64,000 nt of DNA from Patellaria atrata CBS 101060 (Eukaryota): contig MU006106.1 in NCBI GenBank assembly GCA_010093705.1, forward strand, positions 275,086 to 339,085. Direction: 5' to 3'. The notes under the pieces are model-generated. The model was given only the letters and a program-made list of their open reading frames with translations, was not told where the DNA came from and did not search any database. Below, piece by piece: positions 1-12,550 of the stretch. How positions within the stretch are numbered: the first letter of the stretch is position 1; each line of letters opens with the position of its first letter. Position numbers and translations under genes: made by a program.

Positions 1-1698
1 AACTTGTCGCCCATGACGCAAACAACTGGCCTTATGGGAATAGGACTCTTATACTACAATACACAGCATCGGCGCATGAGTGAGGTGATGCTGTCCGAGA
101 TCGAACACATCGACTATGAAGACCCTGCGGATTCTCTAGATGATCTTCGGGATGAAGGATACCGGTTAGCGGCCGGCTTTGCTCTTGGGTTTATTAATCT
201 CGGCAAAGGTTCCGATCTGAGAGGCCTCCATGATATGCACATCATCGAACGTCTCTTATCCGTTGCAGTGGGGCCAAAAGCTGTGGATCTTGTCCATGTA
301 CTCGACCAAGCTACTGCCGGCGCAACCATAGCGATCGCTCTCATCTTTATGAAAACCCATAATGAAGCAGTAGCGCGTAAGATCGACATTCCTGATACTT
401 TACCTCAATTCGACTATGTCCGACCAGACATCTTTCTCTTACGAACATTAGCTAAGCATTTGATTTTGTGGAACTCAATACAGGCGGATCATGAATGGAT
501 TGTAAAGAATTTGCCGACAGGGTATAGAGATCAGTGCACATTGTCGCGTATCAAGGCTCTCCGCAGCGAACATCTTCCTTTCTACAATATAATTGCTGGC
601 CTACTCTGGAGTGTCGGGCTTCGCTTTGCAGGGAGCGGTGACACCGCTGTTCGAGATTTCTTGGTCCAGTATCTCGATCAATTCATTCGGCTTTGTCACC
701 TACCCGCGCAAAGATATGATGCAAAGTTAACCCGAAACACCGTCCGTAACTGCCAGGATCTAGTAGCTCTATCTGCTTCAACAGTCATGGCTGGAACGGG
801 AGATATCGAGATATTCAGAAGGCTACGACTTCTCCATGGCAGGATCAACCCCGAAACACCTTATGGCTCTCATTTTGCCGCCCATGTTGCACTAGGTTTG
901 CTATTCCTGGGCGCTGGTAGTTATACTATCGGTACAAGCGACCTGGCCGTTGCAGCCTTAGTCTGCGCTTTCTACCCAATCTTCCCGACCGACATAAACG
1001 ATAATAAAGCTCACCTCCAAGCGTTTCGTCATTTTTGGGTCCTAGCCACGGAGCCCCGCTGCATAATTGCTCGCGATGTCGACACCCATCGCGCCGTCGC
1101 TCTGTCCGTTCTTGTTACCCTCAAAGATGGAACAGAGAAGCCAGCGACGGCTCCTTGCCTTCTCCCGAGTCTGGACACCATCGCGAGGATCAAAACAGTA
1201 GGCCCAGAGTACTGGCAAGTTACGCTTGATTTCGAAAACAACCCCGAGCATGTCGCATCATTCAAGTGGAACCAAACCATCCACGTTCGGCGCCGCCCAC
1301 CTCATGATGCCCACAGGGATACATTCAGCGCCACTCTCGTTGCTCTCAATGATGCTCAATCCTCGCACGCAGCCCGCATCATGTGGGATTGGATCTTCGC
1401 GCTTCCTGCGTTCCGCGAGTTCGAGCGTGCAGATTTGGGTCTGATCCTCCCGAGCGATGCGGGAAGTAGGATGCTGCTGGATATGAGGACTACGGTTGTC
1501 GATGAGAGGTTAGCGCTGAAGAGGGCGGTCACGAGTTGGGATAGGGATGCTCTGTGGGATTTGAGAGCACTGTTTGCATGGGCCAAGGGCTGGAAGAGAA
1601 GAGGGGATGGAAGGTTGAGATGGTTGGGGAAGGAAGTGGAGGAGAAGCTAGGGGCGAGAATCGGGGATAGAGGCAGAAGCATACAGGGGGATAGCTGA
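1..1698 (+). CDS. APC1: Anaphase-promoting complex subunit 1 (Apc1/BimE), C-terminal part; 5' end lies outside the window
   Basis: PC-repeat region motifs typical of Apc1: GYRLAAGFALGFINLGKG, DYVRPDIFLLR, SASTVMAGTGD, YGSHFAAHVALGLLFLGAG, DNKAHLQAFRHFWVLATEPR. Frame is open from the window edge to TGA at 1696-1698. Confidence 0.93.
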   Translation, partial: NLSPMTQTTGLMGIGLLYYNTQHRRMSEVMLSEIEHIDYEDPADSLDDLRDEGYRLAAGFALGFINLGKGSDLRGLHDMHIIERLLSVAVGPKAVDLVHVLDQATAGATIAIALIFMKTHNEAVARKIDIPDTLPQFDYVRPDIFLLRTLAKHLILWNSIQADHEWIVKNLPTGYRDQCTLSRIKALRSEHLPFYNIIAGLLWSVGLRFAGSGDTAVRDFLVQYLDQFIRLCHLPAQRYDAKLTRNTVRNCQDLVALSASTVMAGTGDIEIFRRLRLLHGRINPETPYGSHFAAHVALGLLFLGAGSYTIGTSDLAVAALVCAFYPIFPTDINDNKAHLQAFRHFWVLATEPRCIIARDVDTHRAVALSVLVTLKDGTEKPATAPCLLPSLDTIARIKTVGPEYWQVTLDFENNPEHVASFKWNQTIHVRRRPPHDAHRDTFSATLVALNDAQSSHAARIMWDWIFALPAFREFERADLGLILPSDAGSRMLLDMRTTVVDERLALKRAVTSWDRDALWDLRALFAWAKGWKRRGDGRLRWLGKEVEEKLGARIGDRGRSIQGDS

Positions 1699-2147
1699 GG
1701 AATTCCTAAAATATGGAAGCAGGTGCTGGAATAAAGAAAACTAATAGTATAGCGTAAATAGTGGTCTCAGAAAATCATCTAAATATGAAGACTTCTACCC
1801 TTAATAGGCAATAATTTTTCTTCGGGGTACACTCGAACAGTCAATGGATGCCGGATGCCCTGGACCCAGTTCGATATGATCACCCTTTTAACTTTGTAAC
1901 AGCATTTTATATCATTGTGAACATATTTTTTCCTACGTTGGACTTCCAATTATTTGGATGATGTTACAGAGCTTGTGATGCGAATGTGATTGACGACCTT
2001 ACTGTATTTCATTGCTCGGTTAGAGATGGCCCAACTCTCGTCTAATCCTTCCGTGAGTGTGATCTCATAGTTCTATAATACAACCACATGCCTTTAAAGC
2101 AACTCTCAAATCTCTACCACCATTCTACAACTCTCCAGACAAACTTA

Positions 2148-3029
2148 ATGCCACTCATCGAGGAGCTTCCAAACACTGGCGCAACCGCCGCTCCTGGTTG
2201 GGCTTATGTAGCTGATACAGGCTACGATCCATCAAAGGTCGCCATCAACCCATCCGGGACGCGAAACAGAGCAGCTCGCAATGGTCCCGCCGTCTCTGGC
2301 TCAGAACTCTCTGCACGCCAGCAGAAGGTCATCGATCAACGGCTTGCGGAATTGCATAAAGACGGTCCTAAGGTTGCCATAATTCTGCCGGAAAGTAAAC
2401 GAGGTAGGTTTAATCGGAAAGCTCGTTCACGGGCGAACTCTCGAAATGGGAAGATATGTTAAGGGCTGAGGAATCTAATAGCCAAGAGCAAGCCAACCCC
2501 CAACGTCAAGAAGATTCTCCTCTCGAATAAGACATTTCAAAACCATGTAGAGGATGAAGAAGCCCTCCTTGTACTCAACCGCAGCCAGCCCGTACCTCGT
2601 GCTCCCGCACCAGGAAAGATTCCCAAGACCCCTGCTTCCAAAGCAAAGCGAGCTTCCATAGGCGGCGCTACACCCTCCACACCCCTTCCGGCGACCCCGA
2701 CCGGCTCAATGCCTCCTCCGCCCCTTCCCGCTACCATTATCATTCCTCAGCCGTTTACCCGCTCAGCGGAGTCGCCTCTACAGACTCTCGTCCCTGATCT
2801 ACCCCCTCCCGCAGAAATTGAAGTCCTACTTTCCGCGCCACCATTGGCGTATACCGCAGCGCAGGCCGGCCCACCAGCGGAGAAGGGAGCGCGGCGACCC
2901 CAACGGCATTTCTGCGAGATATGTGGGTATTGGGGTAGGGTGAAGTGTTTAAAGTGTGCTGCGAGGACATGCGGGTTGGAGTGCTCAAGGACACATGAGG
3001 AGAGCAGGTGTAATAAGTTCTATGCGTAG
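2148..3029 (+). CDS. VPS71: HIT zinc-finger protein, Vps71/Swc6 (ZNHIT1)-like SWR1 complex subunit; 2 exons (intron ~2404-2481)
   Basis: ATG at 2148 (MPLIEELP, GWAYVADTG). A GTAGGT...CTAATAG intron restores the frame into TPNVKKILLSNKTFQNHVEDEEA. C-terminal zf-HIT: CEICGYWGRVKCLKCAARTCGLECSRTHEESRC. Confidence 0.8.
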
Positions 3030-3875
3030 ACAATGCTAGAATGGATGAGAATCACAACACGTCGGGATTTTAAAAGGAAGGTTCAGATCTAGGTTAAGAT
3101 GAGTGAGTAAAGCTCAACCCAATGAATTAAACCATGTGGGGATACTCAGAACTCAACGATACACGACATTCTTACAGCAAGCGATAGTCCTCCACGTAGT
3201 ATGTCTCCCCGTTCTGGCTGTTTTCATCGGAGTACTTACCCCTTTTCCAGAAAAGGATGAGACAAACATCGAAAATTGCTATCAGCATTGATATTACGCT
3301 CTAGGCTCCTAATTTACCTTTTAATAAAGAGGAACTATAGAGGGCCGAGCACGTGAAGACAGTCATATGTTTATCAACACATCATGGTATCAGCCACCTG
3401 AGAAAGAAGATGGCTTTGGCTATCGAAATCTAAGAATACCTCATCACTATGTCTTTTATACATGGATTGATCTAGTCCCGATATCGCATAGATTAGTCTC
3501 ATAGAGTTCAATATACATGAATATCCCGTTCAACAGTCGGTATCTTACTATCTCGGCCACAGCGTACGTTGCCGAATGCACGATAGCCGCTAGCCGCCGG
3601 ACCTACTCGGTTAGAGATCCTTGCCCCGCAGCTGGACTGGGGCCTGTGAGAAAACGTCGACATGCATTTTCTTTACTTCCCACGCTTTGTTATTGGTTCA
3701 CATCATCTTCCAACATTTTCCTTGACCAGATCGGGGGTCATCTCCAATGCCGTAAGACTGAAGATGTCAGGATGCGCTATCGGCGCGCCTCTTTCGTCCC
3801 CTTAACTCTCCTAGCTCTACTTTTCACCTTACGTCTCCTAAAAACTGAGAGGAGTAACACTATCTCGTAAACATC

Positions 3876-4779
3876 ATGCCTGTAATCGGTTCTATATCAA
3901 ATCAACAGTTACCACACGTGATCCCCGAGGTTACAGCTGAAGATGAGGTGACGGTGTTGGTAACTGGCTTTGGTGTAAGTTGGCCTTTGTTCCCTCATTT
4001 CTCTCGAAAAATAGTTGGGGTCTAGAGTTGATAAGATACAACTTTCATTGACTACTGGAGCTTTCCTAACCTCTTAACAACAGCCATTCCTGGACAAGTA
4101 CCCGATTAACGCCTCCTGGTCAATAGCAGCAACATTACCGGATACCATTTCCGCAAATGCTGCTCATCCAACGCGCATAAACATCATTGTACCAAAAGAC
4201 CCCATTCGTGTGGCCTTCCAGGAGGTCCTAAACAGAGACCCAGGGCTCTTATCTTCGACACAACCAAAGATAGACATTGTACTACACATCGGCCTAGCTG
4301 CTGGAATAGACTACTACACAATCGAGAGATTAGCGAGACGAGAAGGCTATGACGACGAGGGGAGGTGCGACGTCGACGGCAAGAGCTTCACGAGGAAAGA
4401 TTCCCGGAAAGTGTGGTATGATTGTCCCGATTACCTGACCACTGGATTCGATTATGCAGACGTTTGGCGGAGATGGAGAAGCAATTGTCCAGATCCGAAA
4501 CTAGATTTGCAACCATCCGATGATGCCGGACTCTACCTTTGCGAGTTCATTTATTTCACGAGCTTGTCGTATTTCTGGCGACAGGGTGTAACGGATAGGC
4601 CTGTGATGTTTCTGCATGTACCGGATCTTCCAGGAGAAAAAGATATTGCGGAAGGCCGAGAAGTAGCGATCGCGTTAATACGAGCGTTGGTCGATAGTTG
4701 GCGCCAAAGGAGTAAGAAAATTGAGGTGAATGGTGCGGTAACTGGAGAGACCTTACCTACGGTTGCCGTACTTCCGTAA
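3876..4779 (+). CDS. Pyroglutamyl peptidase I-like (peptidase C15); intron 3975-4083
   Basis: Splicing GTAAGT...CTAAC...CAG joins VLVTGFG|PFLDKYPINASW. Downstream motifs LHIGLA, IERLA, SDDAGLYLCEFIYF (catalytic Cys) and FLHVP (catalytic His). Confidence 0.88.
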
Positions 4780-5053
4780 ATTGAGAATATTGTACTAATA
4801 TTGTACATATCGTTCCTTGGTTACACAGTCACGGTGAACGGTCTTGGTTACCTATACGCATACTGTACAGATACTGGCGGACTGTTAAGGGTGGCTGGTT
4901 CTGTGGAATGTTTCACTTGTACAGGTGGGGCGGAATACTGGCGCACTTAAGCGTACGATAAGTTAAGAGAAGTAAAAGGAGTGAGAGAGTACTACAAGAC
5001 AGTTAAGTCTGAACTCTAAAGGACAGATATGCTACATATTCTAGAACAATGAA

Positions 5054-6055
5054 CTATGAGGATTTCCCAACTTCGACAACAACTTTACCTCTTGCTCTCC
5101 CAGTATTCAATCTGTCATACGCATCCTTGGTATCCTCAAACTTGAATGTGCTATCAATGATGATTTTATCCGTGGGAAGCTGCAACGCCTCTTCCAGAAA
5201 TGCCTTATTCTCTTCAAGATATATGCAGTCATACGCCTCTCCCCATCCAATCCTCCCCCAAAACCATCTCAGCAACATCTTCGGCATCGTGAAATAGAGT
5301 ATAGGGCCGCCCATACTCTCCCTAGCGTGCTCATCACCGACAATAGTAACATATCTCGGTGCGATCCCAATACATTCCGTACCACCCACACAATCCACAA
5401 TCGTGTCCGGCTTCCAAGCTCTTACTCTCTCCGACACACTCTCTTTCGTATAATCAACCGTCTCATTCGCACCCATACTCCTCACAAACTCCGTATTCCG
5501 CGCCGAACAACTCGACAACACGAACCATCCCCTCTGCTTCGCAAGATGCACGACGTGCATCCCCACAGCGGAACTACCTCCCAACACCACAACCCTGCCG
5601 TTCCTCACATACCCGCCGATATTCTCGATCAATGTCCTCGCGGTCAACCACACCAAAGGCAACGAAGCCGCCTGCGTCCACGTCCACCCCGTGGGTTTCT
5701 TAACCACCGCAGGCGCTTTTTTCGTGTCCACGACCAGCACCTCCTTCAGGGTCCCCTCGCCGGGCTTCATCAGCAACCCCATCACCTCGTGGCCCTTGCT
5801 GAAGCCTGATTCGGGTCCGGCAGCGATGACGGTGCCCGCGACGTCGCATCCGGCGACTTTGGGCGCGTTGAGTTTGGGTAGATGGTTCAGGGGGAGATTC
5901 ATTATTCGGATGTCGACAGGATTGAGGGCCGCGGCGCGGGTGCGCACGAGGATTGACGTCGGGGTTGGAGGCGCATCGGGGGTTGGAACGGAGGTGAGGG
6001 TGAGGGTTGTAGGGTAGGAGGGGTTTGTGTGTGTCCACGCTTGGACTTTTGACAT
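5054..6055 (-). CDS. MDR-superfamily NAD(P)H quinone/enoyl reductase-like protein (YIM1/AST1-like)
   Basis: 333-aa single-exon ORF with AAALNPVD, GCDVAGTV, AASLPLVWLTA, LGGSSAVG and a C-terminal GRARGKVVV; zinc ligands absent. Confidence 0.85.
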   Translation of the reverse strand: MSKVQAWTHTNPSYPTTLTLTSVPTPDAPPTPTSILVRTRAAALNPVDIRIMNLPLNHLPKLNAPKVAGCDVAGTVIAAGPESGFSKGHEVMGLLMKPGEGTLKEVLVVDTKKAPAVVKKPTGWTWTQAASLPLVWLTARTLIENIGGYVRNGRVVVLGGSSAVGMHVVHLAKQRGWFVLSSCSARNTEFVRSMGANETVDYTKESVSERVRAWKPDTIVDCVGGTECIGIAPRYVTIVGDEHARESMGGPILYFTMPKMLLRWFWGRIGWGEAYDCIYLEENKAFLEEALQLPTDKIIIDSTFKFEDTKDAYDRLNTGRARGKVVVEVGKSS

Positions 6056-6417
6056 GTCCGATGCTTGATTTCGTATTTTGGTTTCTGTGGTAATTGAATG
6101 GTAATGGGCTTTAGGGAATCAATTGGGAGTGTGATGGTTTGTGATTTAGAGCAGCGAGTTTTGTCCAGAGAGGAGGGGATCGCTGCATCCTCGTCACGAT
6201 TCCATATCCTTTATCTGCCATTGTCGAAAGCTCTAGAATGATTAATGGTGATTAAGCACTGTAGTATGTTGTCGCTATGACAATTGACGAAGGACGGGAT
6301 AAGGTAGCTTGACTCTTGTTGCTGCCGGCTTGGCATCACCATGACTCGGCAGATAATTATTTTCGAAACTGGGTCTTCGCAACATGGGAGTAATAAGAAC
6401 AGTACTCCTCAAGAAGA

Positions 6418-8972
6418 ATGCCCAAAAAAGTGCATACTCGCTTTGAGGATGAATCCGAATCGAAGTTTTTACCCAAAAACAGCGTAGCGAAGCTGCCCCC
6501 GAAGTCGAATCCAACTCTCGCGCCGGGAAAGAAACGAAAACGAGGGTCATCGAAAACTGGTGTCAATGGGGCGGCACAGAAAGAGCTCGGAAAGGCCTCT
6601 GGAACTCAGTGGAGTGATCGAACAGGGTTTGGGGAAGGAGGGACGAAGAACAAAGGATCGAAAACAGGATGGGAACTCACCTCTAAAGAGCATAAGGCAC
6701 ATATGGGACAATTAAGCAAGCGGAGAGAAGCCCTTCTTCCCCTACGGCAAGCCCTACCCATCTGGTTTCATGCAGACGAGATCCGCAAAGGCCTCCGCGG
6801 AAACAAGGATGTCATGCTCCTAGTCGGAGAAACTGGTAGTGGAAAAAGTACACAAGTCCCGCAATTCCTCCTCCACGAGGCATGGTGTAAGGGACAGATA
6901 GCAATTACGCAACCGCGGCGAATGGCTGCTATCTCTCTAGCCAGAAGAGTGGCGGAAGAGATGGGTACACCGCTGGGATCGTGGTCCCCGGCCAGTAAAG
7001 TAGGGTACTCGGTGCGGTTTGATACGTCAATCTCGTCGAGTACAAGGATCAAATTTCTGACGGAAGGGATGCTATTGCAGGAGATGTTGCATGATCCATC
7101 TTTACGACAGTATAGTGCAGTTATTGTGGATGAAGTTCATGAGAGGAGTGTTAATGTGGATCTTGTGCTTGGTTTCTTGCGGAATTTGGTGACTAGGGAC
7201 AAGAAGAAGAGAAAAGGGGCTCCCCTGAAAGTTGTTATAATGAGTGCGACGGCAGACATTGCGGCGTTGTTCAACTTCTTCAATGAAGGTTTTGAACAAG
7301 TATCCACACCGCAAAAAGAGCCAGAAGCTCAGAACAAGCAAGAGTCTTCCTATGATAGTGAGTCTTCATGGTCCGGTATATCGGATGATGAAAGCTCCAA
7401 GGCAACCGGTGAACCTGTAGCTAACGGGCGAGCGAACTCCTCGTCAACTGGTAAGAATGTAAGTGTATCAGCAAATGAGCCAAGTAAAGCAGAGAATGGG
7501 CATCAATCCCAGAACATCACGACATGTCACATTGAAGGACGTCAATATCCTGTTAAGATACACTATCTGTCAGAGCCAACTCAAGACTTCGTAGAAACAG
7601 CTCTCAAATCCATCTTTCAAGTTCATCACAAGGAACCATTACCTGGTGACATATTAGTCTTTTTGACCGGGCAAGATACAGTCGAAAGTCTCGAGAAGCT
7701 TGTCAATGAGTATGCACAGGGACTAGATCCCTCAGTACCAAAGGTAATATAAACATCAGGGATTTGAACTTCTATTTGGGCAACATACGACTAAACAAAT
7801 ATTCCCAGATCCTCACCCTACCCCTTTTCGCCGCACTCCCCCAAACAGCGCAACAGAAAATCTTCCAACCTGCCCCTCCAAGAACTCGGAAAGTCATCAT
7901 TGCCACAAATATCGCCGAAACCTCTGTTACCGTCCCCGGTGTACGTTTCGTCGTCGACAGCGGTAAAGTCAAGATCAAACAGTTCCGTAACCGACTCGGA
8001 TTAGATTCACTGCTAGTTAAAGATATATCGAGATCTGCTGCGATCCAAAGGGCCGGTCGTGCGGGTAGAGAAGCTCCCGGAACATGCCACAGACTCTATA
8101 CGGAAGAGACTTATCGAGAGTTTCAGCCAGCAACCACGCCAGAGATCCTGAGATGCGATTTAAGCAGCGCGCTGCTGACTATGAAGGCGAGGGGTATCGA
8201 CGATGTCATTGGGTTTCCCTTACTGAATCGACCTCCACGAGAGTCGTTAGAAAAAGCGTTACTTCAACTCTTCCAGCTCGGTGCCTTAGATGACGCCGGG
8301 AAAATCAGCGATTTCGGTAGTAAGATCGCAAAGTATCCTCTGATACCGTCGTTGGGGAGAATTCTGATCGAAGCAGCTGGTCCAGAGCGGGACTGCTTAC
8401 TCGAAATCATCGATATCATCGCGTGTCTGAGCGTAGAGACCATATTCCTAAACCTCGTATCTGACGAGAAGAAAGAGGAGGCAGAAGAAGCAAGACGAGA
8501 ACTGTTCAGGCGGGAGGGTGACCATTTGACCTTCCTAGCAACAGTGCAGCAATATGCGGCCGAGCAAACGGACAGGAAGGCATGGGCTGAGAAGCACTTT
8601 GTCAGCCATAGGGCTATGCAGAATGTGATGGACATCCGCAAACAACTCCGCAACCTCTGCATGATCACCTCTCTCTTCACCCACACCTTCGACTGGACCC
8701 AAGTCCTTTCTAACCCCTCGGAGCAGACCAAGTCTTCGATTCTTCAGTCCCTCCTCCGCGGATTCGCGGCGAACACGGCCCGTCTGATGCCGGATGGTAG
8801 TTACAGGACTATACTGGGGAATCAGACTGTCGCGATTCATCCGAGCAGTGTGCTGTTTGGGAGAAAGGTGGAGGCGATTTTGTTTTCTGAGTTTGTGTTT
8901 ACGAATAAGAGTTATGCCCGGGGTGTCAGTGCGGTGAGGTTGGACTGGGTAGGGGAGGTATTGGGGGCGTAA
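6418..8972 (+). CDS. DHR2: DEAH-box ATP-dependent RNA helicase Dhr2/DHX33-like (ribosome biogenesis); intron ~7744-7809
   Basis: Motifs GETGSGKST, TQPRR, DEVHER, MSAT, ATNIAETSVT and QRAGRAGR, followed by HA2/OB-fold-like sequence (IHPSSVLF). A GTAATA...CTAAAC...CAG intron joins the two ORFs. Confidence 0.85.
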
Positions 8973-11469
8973 GGGTCAGGGCTCAGTAGTAATAGTAGGA
9001 TTTTTGTTCAGGAGGTGTACATATGTCGGCGAGCAGAGAGCGTTGAGTCGATGAATTAATGTTGATATCGGACAATATGTACGAGTTGTACGAAACAAAT
9101 TTTTTCATCCCTCGCTTCGAATTCTGTGCCGTAGAGGAGATACTACAATACTGAGGTGATTACTTTACAGTTCATATACTGAACCTGATATATACTCGAG
9201 AGCGTCTAGCGAACATACTCTCAAGTCTTGCACACCTTGCTATAAATCCGCATTGAACTCACATTCATCTAGGCCGATGATCTTACTTAATATACAGCTT
9301 TGAATATAGAGCCGAAAGCACTGGAACCCGCTTATAACCCAGAGTTTCTTGTCGAAATCGGAAAATTCTTTAGACCACCGAAAAGAAATATAGAATCTGT
9401 TACTGTTCTGATAGAAATTAGCAGGCGAAACTGTAGAAGGGGTACGAAAACAGACCCGAGTGGGCCTAAAATCTATACTAGATAGCAGTAAGACCATAAA
9501 TGCTCGGCTCAATATGCAAGCTCCTCTTAATATCATTCCTGATTCCATGATGAGAATAGTAGTATTTATCTGATTGTGGACGCTGGATGGTGCTCACAGT
9601 AGATTTCAACGTCCTCGAGCATATGGGGTGATATATTCCTTAGGAGAGTCCGATCCAAAATGCTCAAATTTCGCGATATCCCACGGCACGTGCAAACGAA
9701 TCTCCCACCAAATATTTCCTCCACCTCTCCACGTGACTATCCCTTTCGGCCTGCTGACACTCTACCTTATATTTCCAGGCCGAGGAACCTCCAATATTCG
9801 CTAACAAACAGCAGAGCGGTCAGGCGGTCTGACTACGATCTAGTCTCCCTGGAACGTCTTCGATTCAAATCGCCCTCCGGGCAGGTTTATCGGTAAACCT
9901 CAGGAGCAGCGGCAGCAAAAATCCCGTCCGGGGGGTTCGAGAAGCCTGAAGGTTCATTGTTTTGCAATTTTTTTTATGGTGTTTCTTTTTGACTGTAGAA
10001 TTCTCGATTACGGGAGAGTGAGAAGAGTAGGAGGCTATTATTGCTATTATAGGATGATAAGAGGTGGTAGTTCATTTTTCATAGATAAGGTAACGCGATC
10101 AACATGCAAAATTTATGTACAGAACGTGTAGTCTAAGTCAAAGGGGGGTTTTAGGTCTGATGAAGAATAACCGCATGGGTATGCTAGAAATAGAATGATC
10201 TTATATTTAGATAAGAAACGGCGATTCTAACAACAATAAAGTAGTAACATCATGTTGATAATCAAATGAAAGGAATAACACATCTAAAATCTTGGTTTAA
10301 CTTTACGATCTTCAGCTTCTGTTACCTCTGTGATATGAAGGGTGAGTGCAACTGTGCAAAAGTGCAACGAATTAACCTGGAAATGCAGACAGCAGAATTT
10401 GAGCCTCATTACCGGTGAACCACCCCTGAATCGTCATATATGGCCCATATATAGATTGTTACGGTGTGAAAGCGATGGCCAATAACCCCTGGAAACGTAT
10501 CACGGAGTCACCTGAGGGCGTGCCAGGAGCTAAGGGAGCGTAGAGTTTAACCAATACGTGTTCGCGACATCATCGATCTGTTAGATCAAGTACTGGTACA
10601 TTAACTACCTTTTCTGTGGTCATGTAGTCCTTGCCTATCAGGAAGGTAGCTTTCCGGTGAAGATAGATATAATAATCCAGGAGATACATCCGACCTTTGT
10701 CAGGCGTTATATGAATGTGTTGGCATACTTCTAGAATAGTTCGGGGTCTTCTTCAAACGTCGGCGACCTCGGAGTACTGGAGGTGAAAAGACGCGGCATC
10801 AACCTATCAATTAGCGAGCGGCAGTTTAGACTGCGTATACTGGCCCCAAGGATTTGATTTAGCGGTCGTAAATGTCCGACGGGTGTTCCTGATTGCTTCA
10901 TGCTCTTGTTTCTTATGTTATCGCAGCCTTACTGGGCATCCGTCTCTATGCAGGTCATCAGGTGGAAGATAACGTGTTTTCAATCAGAGCTGAGGGATCC
11001 ACTTCGAATACTGTGCCGTATCTCCTTTGTGTTCCCACGAACCGCTGTATGGATAGACTTGGTGTGCTGCGACTGGACGTCCGTTCGCTACGCCGCTCCA
11101 GTACCGACTGATTTCTGCATACTAGGACTAAGATAAACGGCAATGTCAGTTCACTGTTACTCTGTTGTAGCCTCAGAGAAATATGACAAGCTAACCTTCA
11201 GATTCTATCGCCCCAAACCCTTTAACTGCAAAGTTCACTTTCCTAACTCTTTCGGTCCTTCGTGATTCGATGGATAGGTCGAAATAGTAACAGTTACAGA
11301 TGTATTTCGACACTTCGGAAGTATTTTTGATTCTAGCGGTGTAATAACCTCTTTTTTATAAGAATGCAGCGACCGGAATGATAGATAGTAGGTCCACATA
11401 TGCCTTGAGACGTCTTCTCTCCTTTTATCATATAAACTGGGCAATATTTGCTCGAAGACTGTATAAACA

Positions 11470-12550
11470 ATGGGTACTCGCGTGTCTTCACCAATCAATG
11501 ATGAGGAACTGGTAACCGGAGCTACCCTAGAAACATCTTCACCTCCAGCTCCAACTCTTCGGAAACGAGCTAAAGGCTATCCCCATATCTCCTGGTTGAT
11601 GGGAGAGAATGCTCCCCGAACGGCATTTGTTCGTGGATTCAGGGCCCGGGGCTTCGGTTTTTTACTCGAGAAGCAAAAGGAACTGCACGAGCTCGACAAA
11701 CAGTTATCTAGCATCGAGATCGAGTATGATCAGCATAGCTCTCAAATCGATTGTCCGCACGACCCGGGATCGACTGAAGCAGGAAACCCTCCCTGGAAAG
11801 AGGATATAAGATATAGGAAACTTGCTGAGGACTTTCAAAAGAAGTATTGGAAATATCGTGAGTAGATAGGCATCGCCCTTGAATTGGACGTGGATTTACA
11901 GTATTAACGAGTTTCCGCGCTTACCTCTAGTCGATTTTTTCGACCTTTATTCACGACATGCGGAACCGCATAAATTAAGGAAGCGTTACCTCCGCGTCTG
12001 CCAATACTACATCAATGAGGAAGGAGAGCATGTTTTAAGTCAGACAGAACGGGAGATCTACGGGACTCAAGATGAACCTTCCGCCTATATAGAAGACCTC
12101 CTGGCCATATTGCCTGATCGGGCACCGAAGTTCACACGACTATTCAAGGACAAAGTTGTTATAGGAGTCTATAAGGCTATACTTTCTCGGTTTAAGAAAC
12201 CTGATCGAGATGGTTTGTTCTCTTATGACAATGAGTCGCTTGATTTCATGGTTGACAGTTTCGTTGGTGTTATTGCTTCCTCACTCTGCTCCGCTCTAAT
12301 CATCCTGGCGTACTTTATTCAACCACCTGCCGCTCAATTGGGCATCATTACCAGCGGAAGCGCACTTGTAGCTCTAGGTATGTGCCTTACGACAGGTGCT
12401 GGTGGTAAAGAGGTGTGGGTTCTAATAGCAGCGTGAGTATACCGCTCATCCTTGGTCATGCTGTCTCGCTAACCCAACATTCGTTGTAGATTCAATGCTG
12501 TTCTTGTCGTCTTCATCGCTGGTGATCGTGGCTCGCAGAATATAGTATGA
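11470..12550 (+). CDS. DUF6594-like fungal membrane protein; 3 exons (introns ~11858-11930 and 12433-12489)
   Basis: KGYPHISWLM...FVRGF...LLEKQKELHELDKQL resembles the DUF6594 GYP..F.RF..LL..Q.EL signature. The spliced C-terminus has about 3 hydrophobic helices ending IAAFNAVLVVFIAG. Both introns have GTGAGT donors and TAG acceptors, and splicing keeps the frame. Confidence 0.7.

Noticed and set aside
10470..11140. Protein-like fragments on the plus strand (e.g. IRVRDIIDLLDQVL; SDLCQALYECVGILLE)
   Set aside because: Too many stops and no recognisable family or consistent exon structure.
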